Shown: positions 1 through 8,249 of the stretch, piece by piece
How positions within the stretch are numbered: the first letter of the stretch is position 1
Layout of the letters: each line of letters begins with the position of its first letter
Virus record (IMG/VR): IMGVR_UViG_3300049489_000987
Length of the DNA stretch: 20,000 nt
From: an uncultured virus (IMG/VR IMGVR_UViG_3300049489_000987)
Lineage: Duplodnaviria; Heunggongvirae; Uroviricota; Caudoviricetes
Strand: one strand, 5' to 3'
Made by a program: the position numbers and the translations under genes
Notes under the pieces: model-generated
What the model saw: only the letters and a program-made list of their open reading frames with translations
What the model was told of the DNA's origin: nothing
Databases searched by the model: none

Positions 1-1146
1 CAGGTATTATTAAGATTACCTGATATTATGTTTGATGATTTTATATCTAATCCTAAGATATCAATAAAAGATTCTGCCACACCAGTAGGCTCATTTACAA
101 TTTCTTCAGCAACTTCTGTTGGAAATGCTGCGGCAGGTCAAGCGTTAAATATATATTCTGGAAATGGCACAACAGGCGGTACAATTTCTATTACTCCAGG
201 AATAGGAAGTGTTGGAAGTGGTCATGGATATGTTGCATTAGGAAGAAATACAAATGCCAATAGCGTATTGTTAGTTAAAAAAGATGGCATGTATTTTACT
301 TACAACCAACCTGCCCCAACAATTGGAGTAGCGGATACTAGTGGCACTTCAGTTACAGAAGTATTATCAATACTAGGACAATCTACAACTGGAACAGTTC
401 AAGGTGGACAAGTAAGAGTTAAATCGGGAACATCTACAGGAAATACAAGTGGAGATGTATTAATTGGTTCTGCTCCACAATCAACTGGTTCTGGTTATTT
501 AAGTCTTACTACTGGAGACGTTACAGATAACAGCGGTGTTACTGGACCTATATTTATTACTTCTGGAAATTCAACTGGAACCACAAGTACATCTGGAGCA
601 ATAACACTTACTACAGGGACAGCAACAGGTACAAGAGGAAAAGTATACTTAAAAGGATTAAATACATCTGTAGAAACAGAATTAAAAGTATATGTTGCTG
701 GTTCAGAGTCTACAAATTATTCTATATTACAAAATAATAAGATTAATTTCTATGCTGATTCAGATACTGAGATAAAATCAGTAGCAACAATGTCAGCAAC
801 AAGGCATTTAACTATCTCATCAAATTTTTCAGCAACAACTGGAATTAATGCAGGTAATTTAAATCTTTATGCAGGAAATGCTTCAGTTGGAAATGCAGAT
901 GGTGGAAATATAAACGTATCAGCTGGAATCAAATCAGGTTCAGGTCAAGATGGAAATATCTATATATCTACAGCAGGTACTTTAAGATATGGTATATTAG
1001 CGACAGGAGAAACGTTAATTTATTCTACTGCATCTACTATAAGTCCAAAATCTACGTTACAAATGTTTAATAAATCTGGTGTATTACAAATAATTAGAGA
1101 TAGCACAACTAATTATTATGTTTCTTTAACAGCAGAAACGATATAA
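1..1146 (+). CDS. Tail fibre / virion structural protein, C-terminal part (probably 5'-truncated by the window)
   Basis: Gly/Ser/Thr-rich with repeated 'GxIxIxxG' beta motifs (GGTISITPG, GDVLIGS, GAITLTTG, GNLNLYAG, GGNINVSAG). The frame is open from base 1 (QVLLRLPDI-M), so the ATG at 28 may be internal. Confidence 0.6.
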   Translation, partial: QVLLRLPDIMFDDFISNPKISIKDSATPVGSFTISSATSVGNAAAGQALNIYSGNGTTGGTISITPGIGSVGSGHGYVALGRNTNANSVLLVKKDGMYFTYNQPAPTIGVADTSGTSVTEVLSILGQSTTGTVQGGQVRVKSGTSTGNTSGDVLIGSAPQSTGSGYLSLTTGDVTDNSGVTGPIFITSGNSTGTTSTSGAITLTTGTATGTRGKVYLKGLNTSVETELKVYVAGSESTNYSILQNNKINFYADSDTEIKSVATMSATRHLTISSNFSATTGINAGNLNLYAGNASVGNADGGNINVSAGIKSGSGQDGNIYISTAGTLRYGILATGETLIYSTASTISPKSTLQMFNKSGVLQIIRDSTTNYYVSLTAETI

Positions 1147-1153
1147 AGTAATT

Positions 1154-1591
1154 ATGGCAACTGCTACAGTAGAGCATATTTATACTTGGAATGGAACTGG
1201 TACAGGTGCAAATGCTACCTATACTAAAGATATAGATATTAATACAATTAATGGAGTTTCATTTTCAGGTTCAAATACAATTTATATGTTAGAAACGACA
1301 ATAGTTGTTCATGGTGGTTCAGCTGCTTTATCAGCAGCTCAATTATATAGAAGATCTTTTGCTGTATTTAAATCAGCAGCAGATGCAGTTTCTATGACAT
1401 TAACAACTGTTGGTGGTTCTTTTGATAATGCAGCTTGTGATAAGCAAGCAATAACACCAGCTGCTACTCCAATAAATTATACAAATCCAAGTACTACAAA
1501 TATAAGAATAACTTTTACTAATAACTATTGGTCAACATCAGCTATTTATTACAGAGCTATTTGTAAAGTAATAGCATATAAGGCAAGCTAA
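1154..1591 (+). CDS. Beta-rich putative tail/receptor-binding protein, paralog 1
   Basis: Starts MATATVEHIYTW and ends ICKVIAYKAS; Thr/Ser/Ala-rich; directly follows the fibre gene. Confidence 0.55.
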   Translation: MATATVEHIYTWNGTGTGANATYTKDIDINTINGVSFSGSNTIYMLETTIVVHGGSAALSAAQLYRRSFAVFKSAADAVSMTLTTVGGSFDNAACDKQAITPAATPINYTNPSTTNIRITFTNNYWSTSAIYYRAICKVIAYKAS

Positions 1592-2013
1592 TGGCAACAG
1601 CAACAGTAGAACATATTTATACTTGGACAGGATCTGGTACATCTGCTACTTATACTAAAAATATAGATTTAAATACAATTAATGGAGTTTCTTTTACAGG
1701 TGCTCATACAATCTATATGTTAGAAACAACAATATCTGCACATGGAGCTGATGTATCAACTATTTCTCAAAGTTATAGAGCAGCAAAAGGGTTTGTAAAA
1801 GACAATACTGATTATTGTTACGATTTTTCTTCTACTGCTCAAGGTGTTTTTTCAGCAGCTGCGGATAATAATGCGCAATCTACAGTTGCTGCAACTCCAA
1901 TAGCATATTCTGTTTCTGGAACAACTGTAACAGTTACATTTACTCCAAATTCAACTGTATATACATTATACTTTAGAGCAATTTGTAAAATAATAGCATA
2001 TAAGGCAAGTTAA
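1591..2013 (+). CDS. Beta-rich putative tail/receptor-binding protein, paralog 2
   Basis: Near-identical termini to paralog 1; TAATG stop/start overlap. Confidence 0.55.
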   Translation: MATATVEHIYTWTGSGTSATYTKNIDLNTINGVSFTGAHTIYMLETTISAHGADVSTISQSYRAAKGFVKDNTDYCYDFSSTAQGVFSAAADNNAQSTVAATPIAYSVSGTTVTVTFTPNSTVYTLYFRAICKIIAYKAS

Positions 2014-2447
2014 TGGCAACACAAACCGTAGAGCATATTTACACTTGGACAGGATCTGGAACAGCTACAACCTATACTAAAAATATAGATATAGGAACTG
2101 TAAATGGCGTTTCATTTGCTGGAGCTAATACTACTTATTTACTAGAAGTAACTTTGCTTGCACATGGAGACAATACAACTTTAGTTAGTTCAAGTCAAGT
2201 TTATAGAAGAACATTTACTATTTATAAAGACACAAGTAATGCTTTAAATATAACAACTATTGTTAAAGCAGGTTCTTTTACACAACAGGCAGATTTTGCT
2301 GCTTTTTCAACAGTAAGCGCTACTCCATTAGCAGTCACTGTTAGTTCAGGAACGACAATTACTATTACATTTACACCTGTATTGTATTCTACAAATCAAC
2401 TTTATTATAGAGCAATAGCTAAAATGATAGCTTATAGAAATGCTTGA
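2013..2447 (+). CDS. Beta-rich putative tail/receptor-binding protein, paralog 3
   Basis: MATQTVEHIYTW...YYRAIAKMIAYRNA; TAATG overlap. Confidence 0.55.
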   Translation: MATQTVEHIYTWTGSGTATTYTKNIDIGTVNGVSFAGANTTYLLEVTLLAHGDNTTLVSSSQVYRRTFTIYKDTSNALNITTIVKAGSFTQQADFAAFSTVSATPLAVTVSSGTTITITFTPVLYSTNQLYYRAIAKMIAYRNA

Positions 2448-2459
2448 TATATATTTAGC

Positions 2460-3272
2460 ATGAAAGCTAAGCAAGTTAATATTATTTGCCCATTCTCAAG
2501 ACCAGACCAAGTAAATAATGTATTAGAAAATTTTAGTAGACAAACATTTAGTAATAAACAATTAATTGTTATTGAAAATGGAAATGCTTTAAATACATTT
2601 CCCAAAGATAAAGCAATAGTATTAACATCAGATAATCATCAGTCATTTGCTAAAAATACAGGGTTAGATTATTTAAAATCTAATGGAGGTGGTTTTTGGA
2701 CAACATTTGATGATGATGATTATTATGGTAAAAATTATTTACAAGAATTAATTGATAATTCAGATAAAGCTAATATTATAGGAAAGAAATCATTTTTCTG
2801 TAAGACATTTGAAAATAAGATGAGGTTGTTTCTTCATGAGGATGAAGGCAAACAATGCTTTGCTGTTCATGGACCTACGATATCTGCTTGGGCAGAAGAT
2901 TCATTATATTTTAATGATACAGGAAGATGGGGAGAAGATGTTGAGTGGGAACAAAGAATGGTATTGAATGGAGCCACGATAGCTTCTACATCTAAATATA
3001 ATTTCATGTTAAATAGAAATAAAGGACAAAATCATACTTGGGTAGTTGATGATACTCAAATAGCAATGTTATTAGGTTTTCATAAGTTTGATATAACAGA
3101 ATTTGATTATGATTTAGATATAGTTGAAGGAAAAGAAATTACTGATTCAGTAAAAGTGATTCCTGAAGATTGGGTTATAGAAAAGGACCCTTCTTATTTG
3201 TATTTAGAAAATACGCAGGGAGATTTCTTTGAAAGAATGAAAGGATTTGATTTTGAATCCATTACACATTGA
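2460..3272 (+). CDS. Glycosyltransferase family 2 (GT-A fold)
   Basis: N-terminal 'VNIICP...RQTFSNKQLIVIEN', 'KNTGL', acidic 'FDDDDYY' DxD-type motif, and 'GED' motif. Confidence 0.8.
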   Translation: MKAKQVNIICPFSRPDQVNNVLENFSRQTFSNKQLIVIENGNALNTFPKDKAIVLTSDNHQSFAKNTGLDYLKSNGGGFWTTFDDDDYYGKNYLQELIDNSDKANIIGKKSFFCKTFENKMRLFLHEDEGKQCFAVHGPTISAWAEDSLYFNDTGRWGEDVEWEQRMVLNGATIASTSKYNFMLNRNKGQNHTWVVDDTQIAMLLGFHKFDITEFDYDLDIVEGKEITDSVKVIPEDWVIEKDPSYLYLENTQGDFFERMKGFDFESITH

Positions 3273-4050
3273 TTGGAAAATTACAAATGTCTGTAATTTT
3301 AAATGTACATATTGTGATCCTATTTTAAATACAGGAAAAACTCAATTATTATCAAGTGAAGATGTATTAGCTTTTTTAAAGCAAATAAAAAGACCTATTA
3401 AGTTAGAGTTAACAGGTGGAGAACCAACTTCATTTAAAGGTATAGAAGATATTTTAAATTATACTTGTAGTAAAAGTATTACTACTAATGGTTCTAAATC
3501 TATTAAATGGTGGGAAGAAAATATAGATAAGCTTGATAGTGTTATTATAAGCTATCATCATAATGTATCTAATTTAGATCATTTGCTTAAGATAGCTAAG
3601 ATCAAAAGAAAAGCTCATTTACACTTTAGCGTGTTAATGAACTTGGAAAATTTCTATGAGATTTATGATATAGCTGTAAATTTACAAGAATTTGCTGATA
3701 CTGTACATTTATTACCTATAAGAAGCCCATTACCTAATCTTAATAAATCTAATTTAATTAGATATTCTAAAGATCAATTAGAACATATGTTAGAACAAGA
3801 AAAACATTTTAAGACTAAATTTAAATCATTAGATTTTTATTTAGATATGATTAAAGGAAATAATTATATAGGAAAGAAATGTGGAATGGGCAAAGATTAT
3901 ATAGTAATTGATGAATGTGGAAATATTAAAAATGCTTGGTGTACACATTCGGTTATTGGTAATATTAAGAATGACTTAGTATTAAGTTCGGAATATTTTA
4001 CATGTGATAAGATTGTTTGTCCCTGTATTCCTGGGCAAATGCCTACATAA
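3247..4050 (+). CDS. Radical SAM protein with Cys-rich (twitch/SPASM-like) C-terminus
   Basis: CNFKCTYC (CxxxCxxC), LTGGEP and TTNG motifs; C-terminal C-G-x-G...C...CxxxxCPC; TTG start. Confidence 0.88.
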   Translation: MILNPLHIDWKITNVCNFKCTYCDPILNTGKTQLLSSEDVLAFLKQIKRPIKLELTGGEPTSFKGIEDILNYTCSKSITTNGSKSIKWWEENIDKLDSVIISYHHNVSNLDHLLKIAKIKRKAHLHFSVLMNLENFYEIYDIAVNLQEFADTVHLLPIRSPLPNLNKSNLIRYSKDQLEHMLEQEKHFKTKFKSLDFYLDMIKGNNYIGKKCGMGKDYIVIDECGNIKNAWCTHSVIGNIKNDLVLSSEYFTCDKIVCPCIPGQMPT

Positions 4051-4054
4051 TTAT

Positions 4055-4528
4055 ATGCCAGTTGTATCTATGCCTATTGTTGATAAGACATTTACTTATG
4101 CTGTAAGTATTCCTGCCACCAGTACTACTGCTGTAAATATTGATATTAGTCAAGTAAAGCTTTTTCAATTATTGCAAAATGCCTATATTAATGAGAATCC
4201 TGCTGCCAGATATTCTTTAACTGCAATTACTGAGTTAGTGGCTATTAAACCAGTAGTTGCTTCTGTTGTAGAATTTCCAGTTTTATATAGGAAATATATT
4301 TCTGTTTTTGTTAAAGATCCAATAGGTGGAATGGTCCATGCAAGAACAATAACAGACAATGATGTTTATGGTAATACTACAATAGGTCAAACTGGATTCC
4401 CAGTAAATCCAATTACATTAACATGGTCTGTTAGTTCTACAACATTAACTATGATTCTTACTCCAACTTCATATTCTGGAATTGTAAATTACACAGTTAA
4501 AACTAACATTATATCTTCCCCATATTAA
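4055..4528 (+). CDS. Distant fourth paralog of the 1154-2447 protein family
   Basis: Aligns by eye: VNIDISQV vs KNIDIGTV, LYRKYISVFVKD vs VYRRTFTIYKD, NPITLTWSVSSTTLTMILTP vs TPLAVTVSSGTTITITFTP. ATG at 4055 or 4070 preferred over GTG at 4004. Confidence 0.5.
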   Translation: MPVVSMPIVDKTFTYAVSIPATSTTAVNIDISQVKLFQLLQNAYINENPAARYSLTAITELVAIKPVVASVVEFPVLYRKYISVFVKDPIGGMVHARTITDNDVYGNTTIGQTGFPVNPITLTWSVSSTTLTMILTPTSYSGIVNYTVKTNIISSPY

Positions 4529-4980
4529 GTTCTCTTATAATAAGCTACCTTTAATGTTTCATCAAGGTCTGAAATATTATCCAGTTTAAACATTAAAGGA
4601 TTTATCCAAGGAAATTTAACATCTCCATTTACTTCATCTGGTATTAAGGTAAGATAAATACCATCTGCATATTTCATTGCTTCTTGATATATTGTCGCTC
4701 CACCAGCAAACCATATATCTCTATCTTCAACTAATGCATCTGATATTGTTTCATAGCTTTTAACACCATCAAAAGAAGCTGTAGATATTACCCTTGTTTC
4801 TCTTCCAGGTAAAGGCTTACCTATACTTAAATAAGTATTATGTCCCATTATTAAAATAGGATCATTACCTTCACTTGTCTTTTTTTTAAAATATTGAAAG
4901 TCAGATTTATAATGCCAAGGAATAGTATTGTTTTTTCCTATAAATCCATCTTTACTTACTGCCGCTATTATATTCTTCAT
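4525..4980 (-). CDS. folA: Dihydrofolate reductase
   Basis: IIAAV..GFIGKNNTIPWH..D, MG..TY.SIGKPLPGR, GGATIY, GDVKFP; coupled to thyA by an ATGA overlap. Confidence 0.95.
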   Translation of the reverse strand: MKNIIAAVSKDGFIGKNNTIPWHYKSDFQYFKKKTSEGNDPILIMGHNTYLSIGKPLPGRETRVISTASFDGVKSYETISDALVEDRDIWFAGGATIYQEAMKYADGIYLTLIPDEVNGDVKFPWINPLMFKLDNISDLDETLKVAYYKRT

Positions 4981-5867
4981 ATAGCCATCTCTGCTTTAAT
5001 AGCTGGATCGTGTTGATAGTTATGAATTGTAAAATCTTCAAATGTTAGTTTTTCTATATCTTCAATTGAACTAACTTGCTTCATGGTCATTGTAGGGGGT
5101 TCATAAGGAACTCTCATTAATTGAGTCTTAACTTGTTCAATATGATTGTTGTAAACATGAGTATCACCACCTGCAAAGATTACTTCTTTGGCTTTTAATC
5201 CTGTAGCTTCTGCTAAGATTCTACACAATATAGAATAACTTATAATATTGAATGGCAATCCTAAGAATGAATCAACAGATCTTTGATACCATTGTAAACT
5301 TAAATTGCCATCATTTACATATAGTTGAAATAATATATGGCATGGAGGCAAAGCCATTTGTGATAATTGAGAAGGATTCCAAGCAGATACAATCATTCTT
5401 CTATCATCAGGATTAGTTTTTAGTGTATTAATTACTTCTCTTAATTGATCTACACCAGGATCTAAATAATCAGATACTTTATCATATAATCCTGATTTTT
5501 GTCCATTAAACTTTCTCCATTGCCAACCATAGCCTAAACCCATATCACCTTCAGGAAGATAAGTTAGACCTCGTTTATCTAAAAATTCCCTTGAAGTATT
5601 GCCTTTCCAGATATTAACATTCTTTTCTTCAAGTAATTTTGTATTAGTTTCTCCTCTAATGAAAAACAATAATTCTTCAATGATACCTTTCATGTACATT
5701 TTCTTGGTTGTAATGATAGGTATTTTATTATCAGTTAAATCAAAACGTAATTGAGTACCAAATATACTTTTAGTACCAATTCCTGTTCTATCAGTTTTGT
5801 TATCACCTGAATATACAATTTGCTTCAATAAATTTAAATAATTCTTTTCGCTCATCTTAAACTCCAT
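4977..5867 (-). CDS. thyA: Thymidylate synthase
   Basis: DRTGIGT, YGWQWR, RRMIVSAWN, catalytic LPPCH, YQRSVDSFLGLPFN (Asn typical of dUMP-specific TS), DTHVYNNH. The start may be the second Met (5855). Confidence 0.97.
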   Translation of the reverse strand: MEFKMSEKNYLNLLKQIVYSGDNKTDRTGIGTKSIFGTQLRFDLTDNKIPIITTKKMYMKGIIEELLFFIRGETNTKLLEEKNVNIWKGNTSREFLDKRGLTYLPEGDMGLGYGWQWRKFNGQKSGLYDKVSDYLDPGVDQLREVINTLKTNPDDRRMIVSAWNPSQLSQMALPPCHILFQLYVNDGNLSLQWYQRSVDSFLGLPFNIISYSILCRILAEATGLKAKEVIFAGGDTHVYNNHIEQVKTQLMRVPYEPPTMTMKQVSSIEDIEKLTFEDFTIHNYQHDPAIKAEMAI

Positions 5868-6031
5868 AAAATAATCTGTTCAACAATGATATATAACAAG
5901 AGATCAGATAATTTGTAAAATTTTTATACAAAGTTGATGAATAAATTATAATAAATGTTAAGATTTTTCTATATTATCTAGTTAATGATATAACACATAA
6001 TAAAAAGTTAATGGCGCAATCAGTTCTTTAC

Positions 6032-7309
6032 CCTAAAGTTGCAAGAAAGTCCTTGCTTTTAAGCAATGGATGAATTGCTGAAAATTTTTTAATAAAACAT
6101 CAACCATCATGATATAGTACTAACTACTACCCCAAGTCTCTTTATGTTAAAGACCTTTAAATACAGATTATATCCTGATAAAAAACAGCAGCAAATGCTT
6201 GCCAAAGCATTTGGCTGTGTTAGATTCGTTTACAATAACTCTTTAGGTCTTAAAAAAGAACTATATGATACTTATGGTATCAATATATCTAGATTTAATC
6301 TAGATAAGCGTCTTGTTTCTTTAAAAGAAAGATTTAAGTTTCTTAAAGATCCTCCTTCTCAAGCTTTACAACAAGCTATCTTACATTTAGATACTGCCTA
6401 TCAAAATTTTTATAATAAAACTGCTAAACCTCCTAAATTTAAGAATAGATATGATAGACAATCTTTCTCTTTACCTCAAAATGTTAAATTAGACTTTAAG
6501 TCTTCCAAAGTATTTATCCCTAAATTAAAGTGGACTTTGGGTATTTTACATCGTAAAATACCTGTTGATGCAGTAATTAAAACTTGTACTGTATCTAAAA
6601 ATCCTTCTGGTAAGTACTTTATTTCTGTATTATTTGAAGATGGGCTGAAACAGCCCATCAAACAATTAGGTAAAGAGATAGGATTAGATTTAGGTATAAA
6701 AGATCTTATAACTTTTTCTGATGGTTATAAAGAGAAGTCAGGTAAATTCTTAGATAAATATCTAAGTAAAGTTAAAATCTTATGTAAAAATATTTCTTTA
6801 AAGAATAAAGGATCTAAAAACAGAATTAAAGCAAGAATTAAATTAGCTAGAGTTTATGAAAAGATTACTAATTGTAGAGACGATCAACTACATAAATTTT
6901 CTAAAAGAATAATAGACGAAAACCAAGTTATTTTTCTTGAAGATCTAAATGTAAAATCTATGATGGAAAAATCTGGAAGTAATCAAGCTAGAAACATCGG
7001 AGATGTTTCATGGAGAAAACTTATAGATATGTTAGTATATAAAGCGGAGCTTTATGGAAAATATGTCTTTAAAGTAGATCCTTATAATACATCTAAAACA
7101 TGTTCAAATTGTCTTAAAATTAAAGAAGATTTAACATTAAGTATAAGAACATGGCAATGTGAACATTGCCAAGCAGAACATGATAGAGATGTAAATGCAG
7201 CTAAAAATATTTTAAGAATAGGGCAGGAACTGCCCGAATATAAAAAATGCCTTGAAAGCAGCGAAGCTGCTTGATAGGAAGCTTCTACTTTTAAGTAGAA
7301 GTAGTTCAC
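6032..7309 (+). mobile_element. IS200/IS605-family (IS1341-like, TnpB-only) insertion sequence
   Basis: Left-end hairpin TCCTTGCTT-TT-AAGCAATGGA (6050-6070) preceded by AAAG (6046-6049), with TTAC at 6028-6031. Right-end hairpin CTTCTACTT-TT-AAGTAGAAG (7282-7301) preceded by GAAG and followed by TCAC (7306-7309). Both fit IS608-type guide/cleavage pairing. No tnpA in the window. Confidence 0.85.
6144..7274 (+). CDS. tnpB: RNA-guided endonuclease TnpB, catalytic residues intact
   Basis: N-terminal KTFKYRLYP/FGCVRFVYN; RuvC-I GLDLG, RuvC-II LEDL, zinc finger CSNC..CEHC, RuvC-III DRDVNAA. Confidence 0.96.
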   Translation: MLKTFKYRLYPDKKQQQMLAKAFGCVRFVYNNSLGLKKELYDTYGINISRFNLDKRLVSLKERFKFLKDPPSQALQQAILHLDTAYQNFYNKTAKPPKFKNRYDRQSFSLPQNVKLDFKSSKVFIPKLKWTLGILHRKIPVDAVIKTCTVSKNPSGKYFISVLFEDGLKQPIKQLGKEIGLDLGIKDLITFSDGYKEKSGKFLDKYLSKVKILCKNISLKNKGSKNRIKARIKLARVYEKITNCRDDQLHKFSKRIIDENQVIFLEDLNVKSMMEKSGSNQARNIGDVSWRKLIDMLVYKAELYGKYVFKVDPYNTSKTCSNCLKIKEDLTLSIRTWQCEHCQAEHDRDVNAAKNILRIGQELPEYKKCLESSEAA

Positions 7310-7329
7310 ATTTAAAGATTGCATTTTGG
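7221..7329 (+). ncRNA. TnpB omega-RNA (reRNA) scaffold plus flank-derived guide (starting at 7310, ATTTAAAGATTGCATTTTGG)
   Basis: Hairpins GGGCAG-GAA-CTGCCC and AAGCAGC-GAA-GCTGCTT, then the right-end hairpin. TGAA (7253-7256) could pseudoknot with the terminal TTCA. Overlaps the tnpB 3' end, as established for TnpB. The 5' boundary is uncertain. Confidence 0.75.
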
Positions 7330-7394
7330 TAAAGAGTATTATTAATTGTATATCGACAATACTCTGAAGCTAAAAACAAAGCTAATATTAACAT
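7310..7394 (-). pseudogene. 5' part of a small gene interrupted by the TnpB element
   Basis: ATG at 7394 with AGGA upstream. Rejoining at TTAC|ATTT gives a 44-aa ORF (...NAIFKCKELIAPLTFYYVLYH*). Confidence 0.4.
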
Positions 7395-7403
7395 AGATTC
7401 CTT

Positions 7404-7466
7404 TTAAAAAAGCAAATCACCAAGCATTAAAACAATTAGAAAAGATATCATTAACCAAATAAACAT
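7404..7466 (-). CDS. 20-aa hydrophobic micro-peptide MFIWLMISFLIVLMLGDLLF
   Basis: AGGTG RBS-like site; a paralogous copy lies at 7798-7842. Confidence 0.4.
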   Translation of the reverse strand: MFIWLMISFLIVLMLGDLLF

Positions 7467-7870
7467 AATCACCTAAAAGAATAAAAGTATAACAAGTATT
7501 GCCGAAAGGATACTAGATCCTATTAACAAACATGCTAAATATAAAAACAAAGCCATAGCAGATAATACTAAGTATGATTTGTTATTATATATATCATATA
7601 AGTTCAAGTAAAACTTACCCAAACCCCTAAGATATAAAGCTGAAGTTAAAAAGAAAACACAAATAATAATATTAAGCATACTTACTTCAAAAATGATAAG
7701 GAGTCATTGTTTTGTGATAATAGCATGAAAAACGTACATTGTATATGACCAGGCAATTGCAATAATAAGCAATAAATTAAAACTCATCTTATTACCTTTA
7801 AGGTATAACAATTAGAAAAGATATCATTAACCAAGCAAACATAATCACCTAAAAAACAAAAGTTTAACGA
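7431..7870. repeat. Direct repeat with 376-bp period (tandem duplication of a membrane gene plus micro-peptide)
   Basis: AACAATTAGAAAAGATATCATTAACCAA..AAACATAATCACCTAAAA at 7431 and 7807, about 48 bp near-identical, with similarity decaying beyond. Confidence 0.85.
7473..7679 (-). CDS. Small two-TM membrane protein (paralog of 7845-8066)
   Basis: Two hydrophobic segments around YNNKSY; ends ILVILLFF. Confidence 0.6.
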   Translation of the reverse strand: MLNIIICVFFLTSALYLRGLGKFYLNLYDIYNNKSYLVLSAMALFLYLACLLIGSSILSAILVILLFF

Positions 7871-8066
7871 GTATCATTCCAAGAACAGAAGTTCCTGCTA
7901 ATAAACAAAATATATATATTATTGCAAATAAACAAGCAACAATTAATAATGGTTTATATTTATCTTTATTGTATTCGTTTAAAAGATATTTAGCCATAAA
8001 GTTAAAGTAATGGGCTGAGGCAAAACATAATAAACACATAATGAAACACATAACAATACTAATCAT
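7845..8066 (-). CDS. Small two-TM membrane protein
   Basis: Two hydrophobic segments around YNKDKY; ends ILVKLLFFR. Confidence 0.6.
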   Translation of the reverse strand: MISIVMCFIMCLLCFASAHYFNFMAKYLLNEYNKDKYKPLLIVACLFAIIYIFCLLAGTSVLGMILVKLLFFR

Positions 8067-8249
8067 ATATATTTTAAAGTAAATTTAATTACCTTAACTC
8101 CATTTAGGGTTATTATAGGAATATCAAGAGCTGTTTTCTTCATCTTATCACCTACTACATTATGAAAGAGTAAATAAGAAATGAAGAAAGTAAAATTACA
8201 CATAGTATACGTAAAGTCATATCTATATGCTTTTCATATAATTCAAACA

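Noticed and set aside
1154..2447. Diversity-generating retroelement TR/VR pair
   Set aside because: Differences among paralogs are not adenine-specific and include indels; no reverse transcriptase in the window.
4977..5867. dCMP/dUMP hydroxymethylase for DNA hypermodification linked to the GT2
   Set aside because: Canonical ThyA motifs including the PFN Asn, and coupling to DHFR, indicate ordinary dTMP synthesis.
5887..5995. TGATATA as a general phage promoter motif (also at 2445, 6110, 13562)
   Set aside because: Short AT-rich word with inconsistent orientation relative to genes; not supportable without genome-wide statistics.
6144..7274. Nuclease-dead TnpB (TldR) or Cas12f
   Set aside because: All three RuvC acidic residues are present, IS ends flank the gene, and there is no CRISPR array.
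6476..7324. Antisense ORFs 6476-6661 and 7082-7324
   Set aside because: Shadow ORFs opposite tnpB and its omega-RNA.
7680..7787. Stop-codon recoding (TGA in frame with the next gene)
   Set aside because: All recognisable genes are intact under the standard code and use TAA, TGA and TAG as stops; one in-frame case is expected by chance.
7431..7870. CRISPR array
   Set aside because: Only two repeat copies, 376 bp apart, explained by gene duplication; no cas genes.
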